A stretch of 60,333 nucleotides of DNA from Moniliella sp. 'wahieum' (Eukaryota), in the NCBI GenBank assembly GCA_003971905.1, contig RSEE01000082.1, positions 248,001-308,333 of the forward strand, read 5' to 3'. The first letter of the stretch is position 1. Each line of letters opens with the position of its first letter. The position numbers were made by a program, and so were the translations under genes. The notes beneath the pieces were generated by a model. The model saw nothing but the letters and a program-made list of their open reading frames with translations. It was not told where the DNA came from and did no database searches. Below are positions 24,089 to 37,726 of this stretch, piece after piece.

Positions 24089-25698
24089 GTTTGGCGTCGA
24101 CCTTCTCCTCCAGAAGGACGGCGACCCAGACGGTCGCTCGATACTTCCTTGCTTCTCCACGTTTTTGCGCGGCAAGTTTGCCCCTGCCAGTCCTTCTCCT
24201 TCCACCTCTGCGTTCCCCTCTCCTTCCCCGTCTCCCCGCCCGTCCAAGGGAAAAGGACAGGGAAAGGAAAGGGAAAGCAAAGGAAAAGGGAAGGGAGGAC
24301 CGTACCACCACTAAGCGCCCACTTCGTCGCACACCCAAACCACCCACCATCCCGCTCATGCCCCCGGATCCGTTCGCTCCACCTCCCGAAGGAGCTCGGA
24401 TTCTTCCCTCGCCTGTGCGACCAAGATGGTTGCAAATCCCTACCGTATCTTCCCCTCCTTCCCTCACCCGACCCACCACTCCCACCCCATCTCCGTCTTC
24501 CATCGTACCCCGCCACAACAGCCCAGACAACACAGAGAAGAACGACAAGGGGACGGAGGAAGGAGGAAAAGATCGGTTTCCCTTACTCTGGGGAACGATG
24601 TACGGCGGTGCAAGAAGAAGGCGTTACCTCCCCCACGCGACTTGACCATGTTTTTCCCGCTGCGAACCGCGAGGGGAAGGATGGCATCCCTTTCCCGCGC
24701 CGTGCGCCTGTGCTTACCCTTCCTCCTACTCCCTTCGTGCCGCCGCGATCCTAACCGTATCCTTTTGTCATGGGTTTCCTGAGTTTCTCTGCTGGCTTTG
24801 CAGTCGCTCGTCTTTTTGACTAGACCTTTTTTTTCTGCCCGTTCGTTCCACGGCATCTGATCGATCCCCTTTCTCTTTGAGATTCTACTTACTTTTATTT
24901 TCTCCTCTGATCCGGTCGTTCACTTACGCGCTAAGCCCCCATTCACTATTTACTATTCACCATTCATACCTCATGCGGTTTTGTACTTACCTCTGACTTG
25001 TGCTTCATTTCTTTTTCTTGCGCTACCCTTCCTTCTCCACCCTATCTTCCAGGCTCGGTTTAATCTCACCTTCGTTCTTCGTTCTGCTCCAAGCGCAGTT
25101 GCTGGCGTCTGTGCTTCGCATCGTATGTATCCTCGTTGAGCTTGGTCCCTGCCAGCTGTCGTGCCGCGTCGTGGCGAGATCGAATGTGTCCAATGTCCAA
25201 TGTCCAATATTCAATCCTCTCTCGTTTGTGCTTTTCCTTGATCCATAATGGCTGCCTTCGATGCATCCACAATGAGTACCTGCTTTACTTTGCCTGTGCT
25301 GGGGGTGGAGGAGAGAGATAGGCCGGCGAAGGTGCGCTGTGGATCCCAAGTAGATGCAAGGTGCAACGGCGGAGAGGACAGGAGGGTGAGCGCGCTGAAC
25401 ACCATGACCTCCGTGGTGCAGTCGAGTGCGTTTTCGTTGCTAGAAAAATGTCCTGTTGCAATTCAATTTTCAATTCAATTCAATTCAGCAGCGAAGAGAG
25501 AGCTATCTCCAATCCAGTCTCCTCGAGGAGCTTGAAGCTTTCAGCTTCGACATGGCAGGCTCGGTATTTTTTTTTGGTGGCCGTCGACGCCGTCAGTTTC
25601 GAGTTTATCGTGTTGGCTGTCTGTTTCTTCCCAGTCGACTCGGCCTTCTGGGAGCTTGACGCCGCCCGGCCATCCCAAGCCCATCCGCAACGCCCTCC

Positions 25699-27446
25699 AT
25701 GCCGCCGCCGCTGCGTCCCCCTCGAAGGTGAGTCTGACACATCGCCGTTCGTCGCTGTCGGGCGTAGACACTGACGCCGCCGCCGCCGCCCTCTTGCCAG
25801 CGCCGTCGCTCTACACGCGCTCCACCGTCCTGTCGGCCGACTCGGCCGAGGGCCATCCCTCAGCCCCACGTGTCTTTGCCGTCGGCACGTACCATCTGGA
25901 CCAACAGCCTCCCCCCGCCCCCTCCTTCCACTTCTGCTCTCCTGCTCCTGTTCCTGCTTCGGCCGAGCTTGGCCAGGCGCCTGACGCTCCTCACCCTCGT
26001 ACCCCGACCCCACCGCCGACGCCCATGACAAGGACGACGACGACGATTTCGATCCTGCCTCCTCCTCCTCTCCCGACTACACGCGTCGCGGCACCCTCAC
26101 CCTCCTCCGCGCCGGCACGGGTTCCCCGCTGGACTGGTACGCCTCCGTCGGCTTGCGCTGCTCTTGTGTTGTGTGTGTGCACGATCCAACTAACTGAATT
26201 GCCTCAGCGAGATACTTCATGTGCTTTCCACCCCCGCCATCCTGGACATGAAGTGGACCCGGCTGCGCGACTCGGCCTGCACGCCTACTATTTCCTTGGC
26301 TGATGCAACGGGCTACGTCCGTCTGTTTGATGTTGACGCTTCGCTCTGCCCTAGGCCGAAGGCCGAGTGGCGGATGAATCCCCGCGGCGCGCTCTGCCTT
26401 AGCCTCGATTGGGCCGAGCAGGATCGGTTGGTAGTAAGCCAGAGCGATGGGACGTTGGCTTACCTCCCTTCGGCGCACGCTGCGCTCAACGACAACGTGC
26501 CTCTTCCTGCTGCTGTCGCATCACAGCAGACGCGAGCTGGCGGCGAAAGGGAAACCCAAGACGACGATGATGATGGCAATGATGATGATGATGATGAGGA
26601 GGAGGATGATGACGCCGTCCAGGCGCACGCCCAACTAAACGACCCAGCCACGTGGACCACTACCGAACTGGACCACGTTGTGGGTCCCAACGTGTCATCG
26701 GGCCCCCCGCCACGGGGGCTAGAGACGTGGCAGGCGCACGACAATGAGGCCTGGATCGCAGCGTGGGACAAGTGGTCGGGCGGACGCGTGCTGTGGAGCG
26801 GTACGTACTTGTCGCCGAGGAGCGTGCTCGGTGGCACTGCGCACGGAACACGGAGCACTGAGAACTGAGTACTGACCGAGCGAGGCGCGTGGAACGTACA
26901 TGGAGAGCAGGAGCGGACGATTTGACACTCAAAGGGTGGGATGTCCGGATGGCCAATGGTTCGGCCGGTCGCAAACCCACATTTGTCACTCGGCGCGGGT
27001 TCGAGGGGGGCGTGACGTGTCTGGCCAGCCATCCGGCCCGCGAGCACGTCTGGGCGGTTGGCAGCTACGATGGACGGGTGCGGCTGTTTGATGCCCGGAT
27101 GCCGCAGCGTCCGCTGCGGGTGCAAGGTGCGCCGGCCATGCTGGATGTCGAGGGCGGCGTGTGGCGGCTCAAGTGGCACCCGCTCGATCCGAGCCGATTG
27201 CTGGTGGGGGCGATGCATGGCGGGTTCAAGGTCCTGCGCTGCACGCTCGACGGGGACAGCGCGCCCGACGCCAGCCAAGGGGAGCCGCTCGCGATCATCC
27301 GGCGCTTTGATGAGCACAAGAGCATTGCCTATGGGTGTGACTGGGACCGAGGCACGGCATCCGCCGGCTTGGCGCAGGCCGAGGACGAGACGCTGGTCTG
27401 CTCCGTGTCGTTCTACGACGCGAGGATGCACCTCTGGTATGGCTAG
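25699..27446 (+). CDS. DPH7: Diphthine methyl ester esterase, WD40 (Dph7/Rrt2/WDR85)
   Basis: ADSAE...GTYHL, ILDMKW, AHDNEAWIAAWD, GADDLTLKGWD, GSYD, GGVWRLKWHP, AMHGGF, EHKSIAYGCDW, SFYD; three GT-AG introns. Confidence 0.92.
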
Positions 27447-27566
27447 GGACGACTGTGCGCACTGCATTTCATGGGTAGTGTGGGACTGTGCATCGGAGGT
27501 ACAGGGTGGATGTGGATAGGAGGAAGGGAAGGGGATTGACGAGGGAAACGCGCGGACCGACGGCGC

Positions 27567-30500
27567 CTAGAGCATAGACCGACACAGCGGACACGTCGAG
27601 TTGCCCGAGGTGGTGACCCACTTGTACAGGCACTGGCCGTGGAACTTGTTCTTGCACGTCTTGCACGGCTTGGTCGGCAACGAGTGGTCCGCCGGGCTGA
27701 GGATGGAGTAGCAAATCGCACATTCTTGTCCTTCAAAGCCGGCAAAGCGCGCTTCGGCGTTCCGTCCAAACAGCGCGACCGCATCGAGCAAGGGTGCGTT
27801 CCGGTTGGCGACCAGCTGCTGCGTGGCCAACATCCAGGCGCGCCACTGCGCGACCGGCACCGCGGGCGGGTTCCGACCACCATCGCCAATGCTGACGGGC
27901 GCGAGGGGGAAGTTGCGCGGAAGACGGACACGCACCTCGAGCGTCTCTTCGTCCACCGTGTACGACGCCACGGCCTCGTGCGACCCGGCCGCACGCACGC
28001 CCAGGCCGGCAATGCCCAGTGCGCCCCCCGTGGCGGGGGAGCTGGTCGCCGCCTGCACCTCGGCCATCTCCCATCCGGCCAGGAGGGGCGTGCAGAAGCG
28101 GACTGTGAAGCGCTCCACGGCACTGGTCAGTGCCCGGTCCCGCAGACTCGTCCACCACGACCGCACCAGCGCCGGTACGGTGGCCAGCGCACGGAGATAC
28201 ACGTGCGCGGCCAAGACCGACAGAGCAGACGGGTCAGTGACATCGAGCAGGTCCAAGTACACCTCTTCAATCGCCCACAGATCCAAGTCCAGCTCCTTGG
28301 CCTGCAGCGCAGGCAAAAGCGTGTCAAACGTCACGGGCAGCAACGCCTTTTCTACCGCGCGCGCACGCCGCAACCGATCCATCAGCGCCGTCGCAAGCGG
28401 CAGCGACGCGCCATCAAAGTGATCCAGCAGCAACAGCCAGCCCAAAAGGGTCCCCCAGGCGTGCCGTCGATCGACTGGGCTCGCACTCGGCTCCTCGGGT
28501 TCCCCGGGCTCGCCGAGCAAGAGCGAGGTGCGCGTACTGAGCGCATCTAGAAGCCCAACAATGAAGTTGGGTGCCTTGTCCATCGACGGGGGAGACGGTA
28601 TACGCTCCAACGGCGCTGCACTGCTGGCGTGCGAACCATCGCTCTCCTCGTCCTCTTCGTCGTCGTCCTCTCCCTCGTCGTGCGAACCACGGCTGTTCGT
28701 ACACTCTTTCGAACGGGGGGGATGGGGCGTGGCTGAGTCGGGTGGCACTGGCAAAGCTCGTCTCGGAGGAAGAATCATGGTCGTCAGAAGCCAGGGATGT
28801 GGGTGGCTTGGTGTCGAGGTCTTCTTGCACCGTCTCGCGTTGAGCACTTGCCTGGGCCGCCGCTGCCACCTCGGCCTCCATAGCCAAGCGCACCACCTCG
28901 TCTTCGGTGCGTTTCTTGACGATCGCACTGAGGCGGCGGAACGAGAGCAGCTGGACCGACGGCGTAGGACCGGCCAAAAGGAGCGAGACCAAGGTACGAT
29001 CCACCGAGGCCGTCTGACCCGCTTCTTCCACTGCCGTATCAAATGCCTTGTTGGGAATGGCAGCCATCAGAGGCAAGAGGGATCCCCACAGCGCGTCCTC
29101 AGCTGGTGAGGCGGCGGGCGGGGGCGTGGCCAACGCCTGCGATTCCGGCGCCAACGCAAGAACAAATCCAACGACCAGTACGTACACGCCGCCTCGGCGC
29201 TCGTTCCACGTATCGGCCAGGATCTGGTTGGAGGCGGCAAACCGGAGCAACTCGCCAAAAAAGGTGGCTGCCGCCGTAGCCGCGGGCCAGCTGGCCGGAT
29301 CCTTGGGCGTCTCGGCCGCCATCTCCAACGCCATCTCGGCAGCGTCGACGAGGAACTCCCAATGGCTGCCGGCGACTGTTTGGATGATGGGGAGGAAGCG
29401 GTGCCCAGAGTCGCGATCTGGCCCGCCAGAGCGTCCGGCAACTCTTCCGGAAGCGTACCACTTTTCCAGGGCCTTGAGAGCGAGCACAGCACGGTGCGCA
29501 GTGATCGGCTCGGTGTCTTCGGGGCCTGGGCTAGTGGCGAGAATGTAGGACAAGAGCCGGGCACCTTGCACGCCAGCCTCCTCGGCCCGCACGCCAGTAA
29601 GACGAACGACGGCGTCGGTCTGCGATCGCTCAATCACCTTGTCCTCCCCCATCTCTGCACCAGCGCGCGCGCGACGGCAACACCCAGTGCCTCGCCCTGC
29701 AGGGCCAAGGCATGCGCCCACCGCACCCCTTTCTCCAACGCCGTCTGCGACGGCGCGCCAAAGCGCACCACGCCGGTGATCAGACGCTGCAGACTGCGCG
29801 TCGCGTTCGCATCCCCGGCCAAGGCGTCGCTGGCCAAGCGGCCAGCGACGCATGTCAGGCCGTTGGCATCACTGGACTCGGTCCCCTTGGCGGCGTCTTG
29901 CACCGCGGCCAAGACAGCGTCGGCAGCGCCACCGCGGGAAGCAGCAGCAACGGTGCTGGTCAAGCTGTGCACCACCTGATCAAAGACGACGTTGATCGCG
30001 GCCCAAGAGGAAGGATGAAAACGTTGTTGGCCGTGCGAGGGGAGACCAGCGCATCTTCCGCCAGCAGCGCGAGGTACAGCCAGTGAATGAGCAGGTCGGG
30101 ATACGCTTGTACCACCGTCTCATGTTCCTCGCTGACCTGGAGCGAGAAGAGAGTGGCACGCGCGTACGCCGAAAGACCCAATTCGTCGTACACGCCCGCT
30201 TGGTCGGGCGGAGCAGCAGAGCGGGGTTCGGCCAATAGACAGGGGACCAGCGGATCGACCAAAGCAAGCTCGGGCTCGGGAGTAGGCAAGGACGAGGCCA
30301 AGACGGTCAGTTCGTCCACCATCGGCGGAAGGACGCTGGCGATCGGGGCAGACACGCCGTCCGGAGCGAGGTGCGCAGCAGCTTTCTGCAGCACCTCGAG
30401 CGGCGCCGCGGTTGGGTCGGAGATCAAGGAAGCCAATTGCCCGCCGCGCGTGCGTGATCACCTCGTCCTGCATCTCGGCCGGGAGGGTGAAGGTGAGGGC

Positions 30501-33500
30501 CCACAACTTGCGCGCCACGTCGGTTGCCTGTGCCGAGCTGGGCGAGGGATCGAGACAGTGCGCAGCGACAAAGGCCGTGGGGAACAGATCGGCCATCGTG
30601 CCGGCCGATCCCACTTGGGCCGCGTCGCCCGCGGCCAAGATCTGCTGGACCAGGCTCAGTCGTCGCCCCGACTCACTCTCCTTGGTGGAGGCCAGCACGG
30701 CGCGCAGATCGTACTCGGCGCATGTCACCGCTTGCACCACCACCTCCTGCGCCACCTGCGGGTCGACAAAGGGCAAGGGCTTGCGAACCAAACGCAAGAG
30801 AACCTCGGTCGCCTCCGGACTGACCGAGGAGGCCAACGGCCCAAACAGTTCCTGCCCGAGTGCTGTGACGGTACGTTCCAAGGGCGCTAGTGTCTCTGCC
30901 CACTGAGCGTCGGCGCTGGAGGGCAGAAGCTTGGCTTCCACCTCAGCGCTCAGGTGGAGAAGAGGTGCCAACGCTGTCGTTTGCGCCGGCAGTTCTGGCA
31001 AGCGCGCAATGGCGCCCGTCAGCTTCATCCAAAAGCTAGGGAGGTCAATAGGCGACTGGGTCGCAGCGGCAAGCTTGGGTAGCAGTGCAGCGATGAACTT
31101 CATCGTCACCGTCGGGCTGGCTCCTGGTGCAGCGCCATCAATTTGGCGAAGAAGAGCCAGCTCCATCCCAGCTTCCGCAGCCGCCGTCAGGCTATGGAGG
31201 AGATGAGCCGCCTCCAGCGAGGCCACAAGCGTGGACGGCAAATCCGTGACCAAGGTGGTGAGAAGGGCGCGCGCGTCCGCCTTGCCCGAGTCCGATGCAT
31301 CCTCTACGTCCCGTTGGACAAGGTCGCCCGTGACCCAGGTAGCTATTTCGGACAGAGCGGTGGCAGCTGCTTCCATCGTGTTGGGCACGCCCGCCGGGGC
31401 AGGTGCGGCGAGAAGAGCAACAATCTCCACCATGGCCGCCAGGTTGATCGCCCCGCCCGTCTTGTCGGCCTCGGCGGCGGAATGGATAGCACTCGACAAG
31501 AAGGAAGGTAGCAGGTCAACAGTCATAGCTGCGCCCGGCCTCGGCGCCAAACCGCGAAGGGTCTTGACGCTCTGTTGCACGAGCCAGGAGTGGTGTTGGC
31601 GCTGCCGTGCGGCCGCGGCGGGACCGGTCCGGGTTGTGCTGGTGGAATCGGCCGTGAGCATGTCGGCCCACAGGCCACCCAAGGATGACTCCACCAGACG
31701 CTCCGCCGCAGCGACGTTGATCTGCTTTGGGTCCGCAGTTGGGCTTTGCAGGATCCGGCGCGAAGCAAAGATGATCACCTCGCATTCGCCCTCAATCAAG
31801 GCCTTGCGAGACGCTGCGTCTAGAGCAACCTGAATCGGGTCAAGAGCATGGGCGAATGCATCAAACAATGCCCGGCGCAGCCGAAGAGCAGCTGGCGAGG
31901 TAGGCGACCAAGCACACCCAGGCAGCGTAGAGACAAATAACACCAACGCCGGAGCTCCCCGGGTGGGCTGCCCTGCACAAGCGGCCCGAACCCATCGGAC
32001 GAAGAGCTTCCACAAGGGCGAGGCCAAAATGACCAAGGCTTCGTCTTCGGACCGGTCTCCCCCGTTCCCAGCGTCATCGCCTTCATCTTCGGTTTCCTCT
32101 TCGTTTTCATCTTCATCGCCAGCCTCGTCCTTATCCTCCTCATCGGCTTCGCTGTCCGAATCATCTGTATCGGGCAAACACCAGGTTTGAGGCGACGCCC
32201 AGCAGAGGCACAATCGCCTCCAGCATAAGGCGGAAGGTCGAACCATCGCGTTCGGACCAAGCGTCTCGGAGGAGATGCACCAGGCGCGCAGGAGGCGGCT
32301 TGTCCTGCTCATCCTGTGAGGGAGAGGGGGATGGGGGCGAGGGAGGCACGCCAAGGAGTGTTTGAAGAAGGGAGATGTGATGCGTGCACAACGACGCGAT
32401 GAGGGCCCAGGCACGACCACGCAACTGAGGCGATGCGCCCGCAAGCGCTTGGGCGGGCGAAGGGCGGAGAGTGGCCGAGGACGGCGGGTGGAAGCAGTCC
32501 CACAACTCGTCCGACGTAAGCAGAGCCGCCATGGAAGAATCGAGCGCAGCTGGGTCGGCGTGCAGTGTGCCTTGTCCCAACGTCGGGTCCTTGGCCACTG
32601 CCCACGCTAGCGATCCCAATGCGGCCGCCACGATACGGGCACACGTCGCCTCGATCGATTCCTCCACCGCCTCGTCGCGGTTCTTGGCATCGCGCACGGG
32701 TGTGCTGGCACCAGCAGGGCCCGCTTCGACCTGGGCCGAGAAGACGTCAAGAGGGGCAAGAATGGCGCGGCTCAAGTGGTTGATAAATTCCTGTCGCACC
32801 TCCCCGACCAGTTGGACACTGGCCCCGATGGGGGGGGCGAGGTAAAGTAGACATGCTGCTGGAACACGGAAAACGCAGCACTGGCTACTGCTGCGTCGGT
32901 GTCGAACGCGAGCAGCGACCACGGGCCCACGGCCTCGGTGTGCTCGGGCGTGCCGAGCAGCTCAGGACCGGTGACATCAGACGAAACGAGCAGTGTCTGG
33001 ATCTGCGCCGACAGTTGGCGGAGGCGACGTGTGGGCGAGACGGAGAGGCGGGGAAAGAGGTGGACCTGAACAAAAGGGGGGAGGGGGATTAGTATGCATC
33101 CCGGCTGGGGGCGGGGGGGGGTGGAGAGCAGGACACGTACCCAACTGGGAAGCATCAGCACCAGCACCGATTCGTAGTCGGCCGTCGCACGGGGGTCGTG
33201 CAGGTGGGCAAGGGCGTACTCAAGGTAGTCCTTGAGGCCCTCGAGGGCACGCTGGCGGGTGACCACATCCTTCTTGCCTGCCTTGCGGAGGAGGACGACG
33301 AGGTCGGCAGGCAGCTGGTGTGCCAAGCCGAGCGTGTCGAGGGGTCGAGGACGCCTTGGACCTTGGCGGGGGGATGTACTGCTTGTTCTTGGCCTTGGCC
33401 TCGCGCTTCTGGCGCTTGGAGAGATGGGCGGCCTTGGGCTGCTTGGCCTGTTTGGCCTGGGCCTTGGCCTGGGGCTGACCGGGGCGGGGTCGGAGGGAGC

Positions 33501-33715
33501 TGGGGCGGGGGTGGTGTCGGAGGGGATGGGCTCGGGCTCGCCGGGGATGGAGTGGGTGTCGGGGTCGGGGGCGCCGCCGGCGAGGGCGTTGTCGAGGGTG
33601 GCGAGGGCGTGGAGGTCGCGGGAGCGCTTGTCGGCCTTCTTGGCGGCGTGGGCGGCCTGCTTCTTGCGCGTGGCGGAGGAGGCGGAGGAGCGGCGCTCTT
33701 GCGGCCCTTGGCCAT
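27567..33715 (-). CDS. LTN1: Listerin E3 ubiquitin ligase (ribosome quality control)
   Basis: N-terminal MAKGRKS.ASSATRKK and KKDVVTRQRALE; C-terminal RWD-like region plus RING ECAICYS...CKTCKNKFHGQCLYKW...CPLCR; several indel frameshifts. Confidence 0.95.
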
Positions 33716-33847
33716 GGCGCAGGGGTGGTGGTGGTAGTGGAGGAGGAGGTGGGGGTAGGCGCGGAGGAGGAGGCGGTGGTGGTTCCGCGTGCAATCGGGT
33801 GGAAACGTCATTAATCCGACGGGAATCATCCACTTAAGCAGCCCGCT

Positions 33848-33990
33848 GCTAGGGTTGGTCCTGACGCAGCGTCACCGGTCTTCCGATCACCCATCGCACC
33901 GCCCCCAGCACGTGACCACGTGACCTGCCGTTCCTCTTCCCGCCGCCTGCAACCCTGACGCGCGCGAATATACGCCGCAGCAACCCTAGC
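33848..33990. promoter_or_regulatory. Bidirectional LTN1/RPL26 promoter elements
   Basis: Inverted telo-box-like 10-mers GCTAGGGTTG (33848) and CAACCCTAGC (33981) flank two CACGTGAC E-boxes (33909, 33917). Confidence 0.5.
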
Positions 33991-34074
33991 GCCGCCGCGT
34001 CGCCGGCCGCCTGGGCCTCGGCGGCGGTGGCTGGGCTGCGCAGGCCTCCACCCGCCCCCCACCGCTCGTCCCCA

Positions 34075-34656
34075 ATGGTCTCCAGCAGCCGCCGCACCAC
34101 CCGCAAGGCCCAGCTCAGCGCCCCCCGCCCATCTGCGGCGCAAGCTCATGAGCTCCCCGCTCAGCAAGGAGCTCCGGGCCGAGCACGGCGTAAGTCCTCT
34201 CTCTTCTCGCCCTCCGCGGCCCCTCTGAACAGGATCATCCGCCAGACAGCGCGCGAGCATAGCCATGCGCTGCTCTCTGTCGCTGTCGACCGGGAAACAT
34301 CCGTCCTATCCCTCCTCTCCATCCTCTTGCCTGGTGAGCGTGTGCTGACGCGCGTCTGGTTTGCTTGCACAGATCCGCTCCATGCCCGTTGTCAAGGGCG
34401 ACGAGGTCCAGATTGTCCGGGGCTCCAAAAAGGGCGCCGAGGGCCGTGTGACCCAGGTGTACCGCAAAAAGTGGGTCATCCACGTGGACCGCGTCGAGCG
34501 CGAAAAGGCAAAGGAACAAACGGTGCCCATCCCCGTTGCTGCGTCCAACGTGGTGATCACCAAGCTCAAGCTCGACAAGAGCCGCAAGCTCATCATCTCG
34601 CGCAAGTCGGCAAGCCTGTCGCCGACGCCGAGGGCGACGTTGAGATGAAGGCCTAA
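34075..34656 (+). CDS. RPL26: 60S ribosomal protein L26 (uL24)
   Basis: VSSSRR...[15 protein letters not shown] | [18 protein letters not shown]...[13 protein letters not shown]; intron ~34190-34372. Confidence 0.96.
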   Translation: MVSSSRRTTRKAQLSAPRPSAAQAHELPAQQGAPGRARRKSSLFSPSAAPLNRIIRQTAREHSHALLSVAVDRETSVLSLLSILLPGERVLTRVWFACTDPLHARCQGRRGPDCPGLQKGRRGPCDPGVPQKVGHPRGPRRARKGKGTNGAHPRCCVQRGDHQAQARQEPQAHHLAQVGKPVADAEGDVEMKA

Positions 34657-35234
34657 TCGGGTTGAGAACCTGGACCTTGCTTTTTTTGCGGCGGTGGCCT
34701 GCCTCCTCCGCTAGCTGGAACCCGGGTCAGTTGCACTTGATCCATCTCATCTCTTTTGCCTCCCTGCGTTTCATCGTACCACCACCCCACTTCCTTTTGC
34801 TTTACCCCGATCTCGCTGTCATCGGTACTCTCCAGGTACTCTGACGCAAAAAATGGCCACGGCCCCTCCCTCCACTTGGAATATGCATCACATCCGCGCC
34901 GCGTGCGCCATGGCGGCTCTGTGCCATGGTATCCACTTCTTCCAGTCTACCGTAGTCGCCCGGTGCGAACTGCTGCTCACATCATGCAATCCTATGAAGG
35001 GCTCAACTTAACAGTTGAACAGCAAAAGTGAGGGTGTTGCCGTTGCGTTTTTCCCCCTAGACAAGGTAGATTCATCCTCGATGCTGGAGGTATACCACTA
35101 TGCTGGGCACATAGGATTCGGTGACCTAGCCACGATGTACGGACTAGCCTGTTGTGGGGGGGTGAGGAACCTGTGGCGATGCATTGAAATGGGGGGGAGT
35201 CTCAACGAGGTGTATTGAGGCAAAAGTCAAAAAA

Positions 35235-35319
35235 CGCCCCACGTGGGACTCGAACCCACAACCGTGAGATGGACCTCTTGAATAAGAGTCTCAAATTCTA
35301 ACGATTGAAATAGCGAGGC
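35235..35319 (-). tRNA. tRNA-Lys(CUU) with a 12-nt intron and an atypical D arm
   Basis: Acceptor stem GCCTCGC/GTGGGGC; anticodon stem TGAGA/TCTCA around CT-CTT-A; T arm GTGGG-TTCGAGT-CCCAC; T6 terminator follows. Confidence 0.85.
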
Positions 35320-36878
35320 TGGATACGTAACTGCTGACCCTTCCAGAAACCATTGCCGCACTCACCACATCGATGGGACGTTGGCCTGGATCTCTAGTGG
35401 AAGTGCGTTATGCTTCTTTGACTAGCTATGATACGTTTTCTTGGTGGGGCGGCGAATGAGAATATGATGTCGTAGAGCCCCGACGGACGTCGGCCTACTT
35501 TGTAAGGCACAGTAGCTGCCTCGGGAAGGAGACTATCTTGACGACCAGTAACCCCACGGGATGAGAGCAGCTGCCGGAACCTTCACGTGAAGTGTTTGTG
35601 GAGTGCCCGGTAAAAGAGGTTGACTGGCCTGCGGATGCGCACTGGGATCACGGTAGGGCAGTTACTCGTCGATCTTCGTAGCACAGTGGCAACGACCGGA
35701 TTGACACTACATAAAGACGCACGTTCACGTACTACTACTACGGCCCCAAACGTTCGGCACTTGAGCGGTACCAATCTGACCGTTATCTGCTTGCACCTCC
35801 CCCGACTCCTTCCTGGAACATACAGCAGACACCAGGCCCTCCGTCGCAGCCTACAGTCCCACTGTGCTGCCAGGGGGGAAGAACGGATGAATCCGCTCGA
35901 TCAAGGCATAAAGTTGAAGCTGTAGACGATCCTTCCCGACACCTGAGGTCTTCCCGTCCCCAGCCCGTGAGGGCACTGCGGTTCGTGACTGGTTTGCAGT
36001 TGGGCTTAAGGGACTCAACACGACCGTGCCCAGTGTGCAGTGCCCCGACTAAACAACTACGGAGGAGACCGATGGGGACCGGTGCGGACCACTACGACCG
36101 AGTGGCGAAAACAACAAGACGCTGGCGAGCGTCCGTCGTGGCGGGACACATATCAGCCCCCCCTTGTCCTGATACCGGCACCGCAGCCCCCTCGCCCATA
36201 CCGCTCCTGTCCGCCATTCCGCCTGCCGCCGCTCACGCGGGTGCAGTGGGACGCGTAAACGACCACTTTGGTGCCTGGCTGCGCTGCGGAGACGCGCGGC
36301 CTCTGGACCCTGGCGCGGAGGAAGGGCCATGGTGGGACAGCGACAAAATGCGAGTAGCAAGGTGGGGCTCATCCGAGAGCGGGTGCATTATAATCGCAAA
36401 CCCTTGGACTCTTTCTTAAGACAAGCGCACGCACCACACTTCTGGGCCAAGTCCCTGCCGGTACGGTGGCCATCAGAGAGGTAGCAGCAAGACGATGCTC
36501 ATCAGTCATGGGCACATGAGTGCCAGCCTCTTCGTAACCACCGTCTCGTCCTGCGCGATCGGACAGCGGCGTGTTTCGTCGGGAGGGGGCGAAGAGGAGC
36601 AGCAGCGGGATGCATGGCCCGGGGAGGAGTGGCTGCCCGCCCGTCTTCATTCCCTCTCCGAGGAGCGCCGAAAGCCCCCACGGAGACGATAACAATCGAC
36701 AAGCCCGTCGCCAGCCGATCACGCGGGATGGCAGCCAGTCACGCCATCATCACACGGGGGCCCCAGCAGCCCCAGCGGCTCCAGGATTAACCTGAAGCTG
36801 GATGCCGCATAGCCGCGCCCCATCCAACCGGCAGGCTGCCCCATCCCCCTCTCCTCCACCCCGGCCGGCCGCGCTCCC

Positions 36879-37726
36879 ATGCGTACATGCCATGCCCACC
36901 CCCACCCCCCACCGACTCCGACGTTGAGCAGCACCCGACCGCCCCGACCCCCGCAGCGGCCATCCGGCGCCTTCGCTTGTCCGCAACGCCCTCGCGTCTC
37001 TCGCTCCCTCTTCCACGTCCGCCAGGTCCACGGCAACCTCACCCGCGACTTTAGCGGTACGTCCCTCCCCGCCAGCTGACGCCCCGTCCCGACTAACCCT
37101 TTTCTCTCTCCGGCCAGCTCGCGAGCGGACGTACATTGCCTGGACCAAGATCGCCCTCACGCTCGGTGGGATCGGTGCTGTGATGCTGGTCAAGCTTGAT
37201 GTTGGTCCGGACGGAGCGGGCGCCCTTCCTTTGCCTCTTCCGCCCACGCCCCCTCCCCTCCCCAGATGCTCGAGGAGCACTCCTTCCCGCACGCGCTCTG
37301 GCTCGCACGCAATGCCGCCTCCACCGCGCCAGTCTCGTCGCGCGCCTGGTGGTACCACCAGCTGCAGCACCACCCAACCAGCGCACCCTGGGCCTGCCCC
37401 TCCCATGGAGTGGGCAGGAAGAGCATGGCCAACCTCCTCCTCGCACCCCATGGCCCGCCATACCCGGGGACAGGCAGCAGCATGCTTTCCTCCTCCCCAC
37501 GTTCGATCCACAGATGCCAACCGTCAAGGTGCCCCCCCACCCGCCGCTCGTTCTCCTCCTCGCTCTCCCGCTCCCCAGCCCCGTCACGTGGCAAGCCGCG
37601 CGACATTTTGTCCACCCGCCTTGGCTCGCTCATCTCGGGCTCTCTGTATTTCTTGCAAGCACTCCTAGCGTTGCTGATTGGTCTGGCGGACTACTTGCGA
37701 ACGGAGCGGGCATTGGAAAAGATTGA
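36879..37726 (+). CDS. DUF202 (YidH/Vtc1-like) small membrane protein; 3' end uncertain
   Basis: GNLTRDFS | ARERTYIAWTKIALTLGGIG across a GTACGT...CTAAC...CAG intron; downstream hydrophobic segments. Confidence 0.7.

Noticed and set aside
35468..35941. Possible solo LTR (TGTCG...CGACA)
   Set aside because: Flanks TATGA and CCTGA do not form a TSD, and there is no second copy in the window
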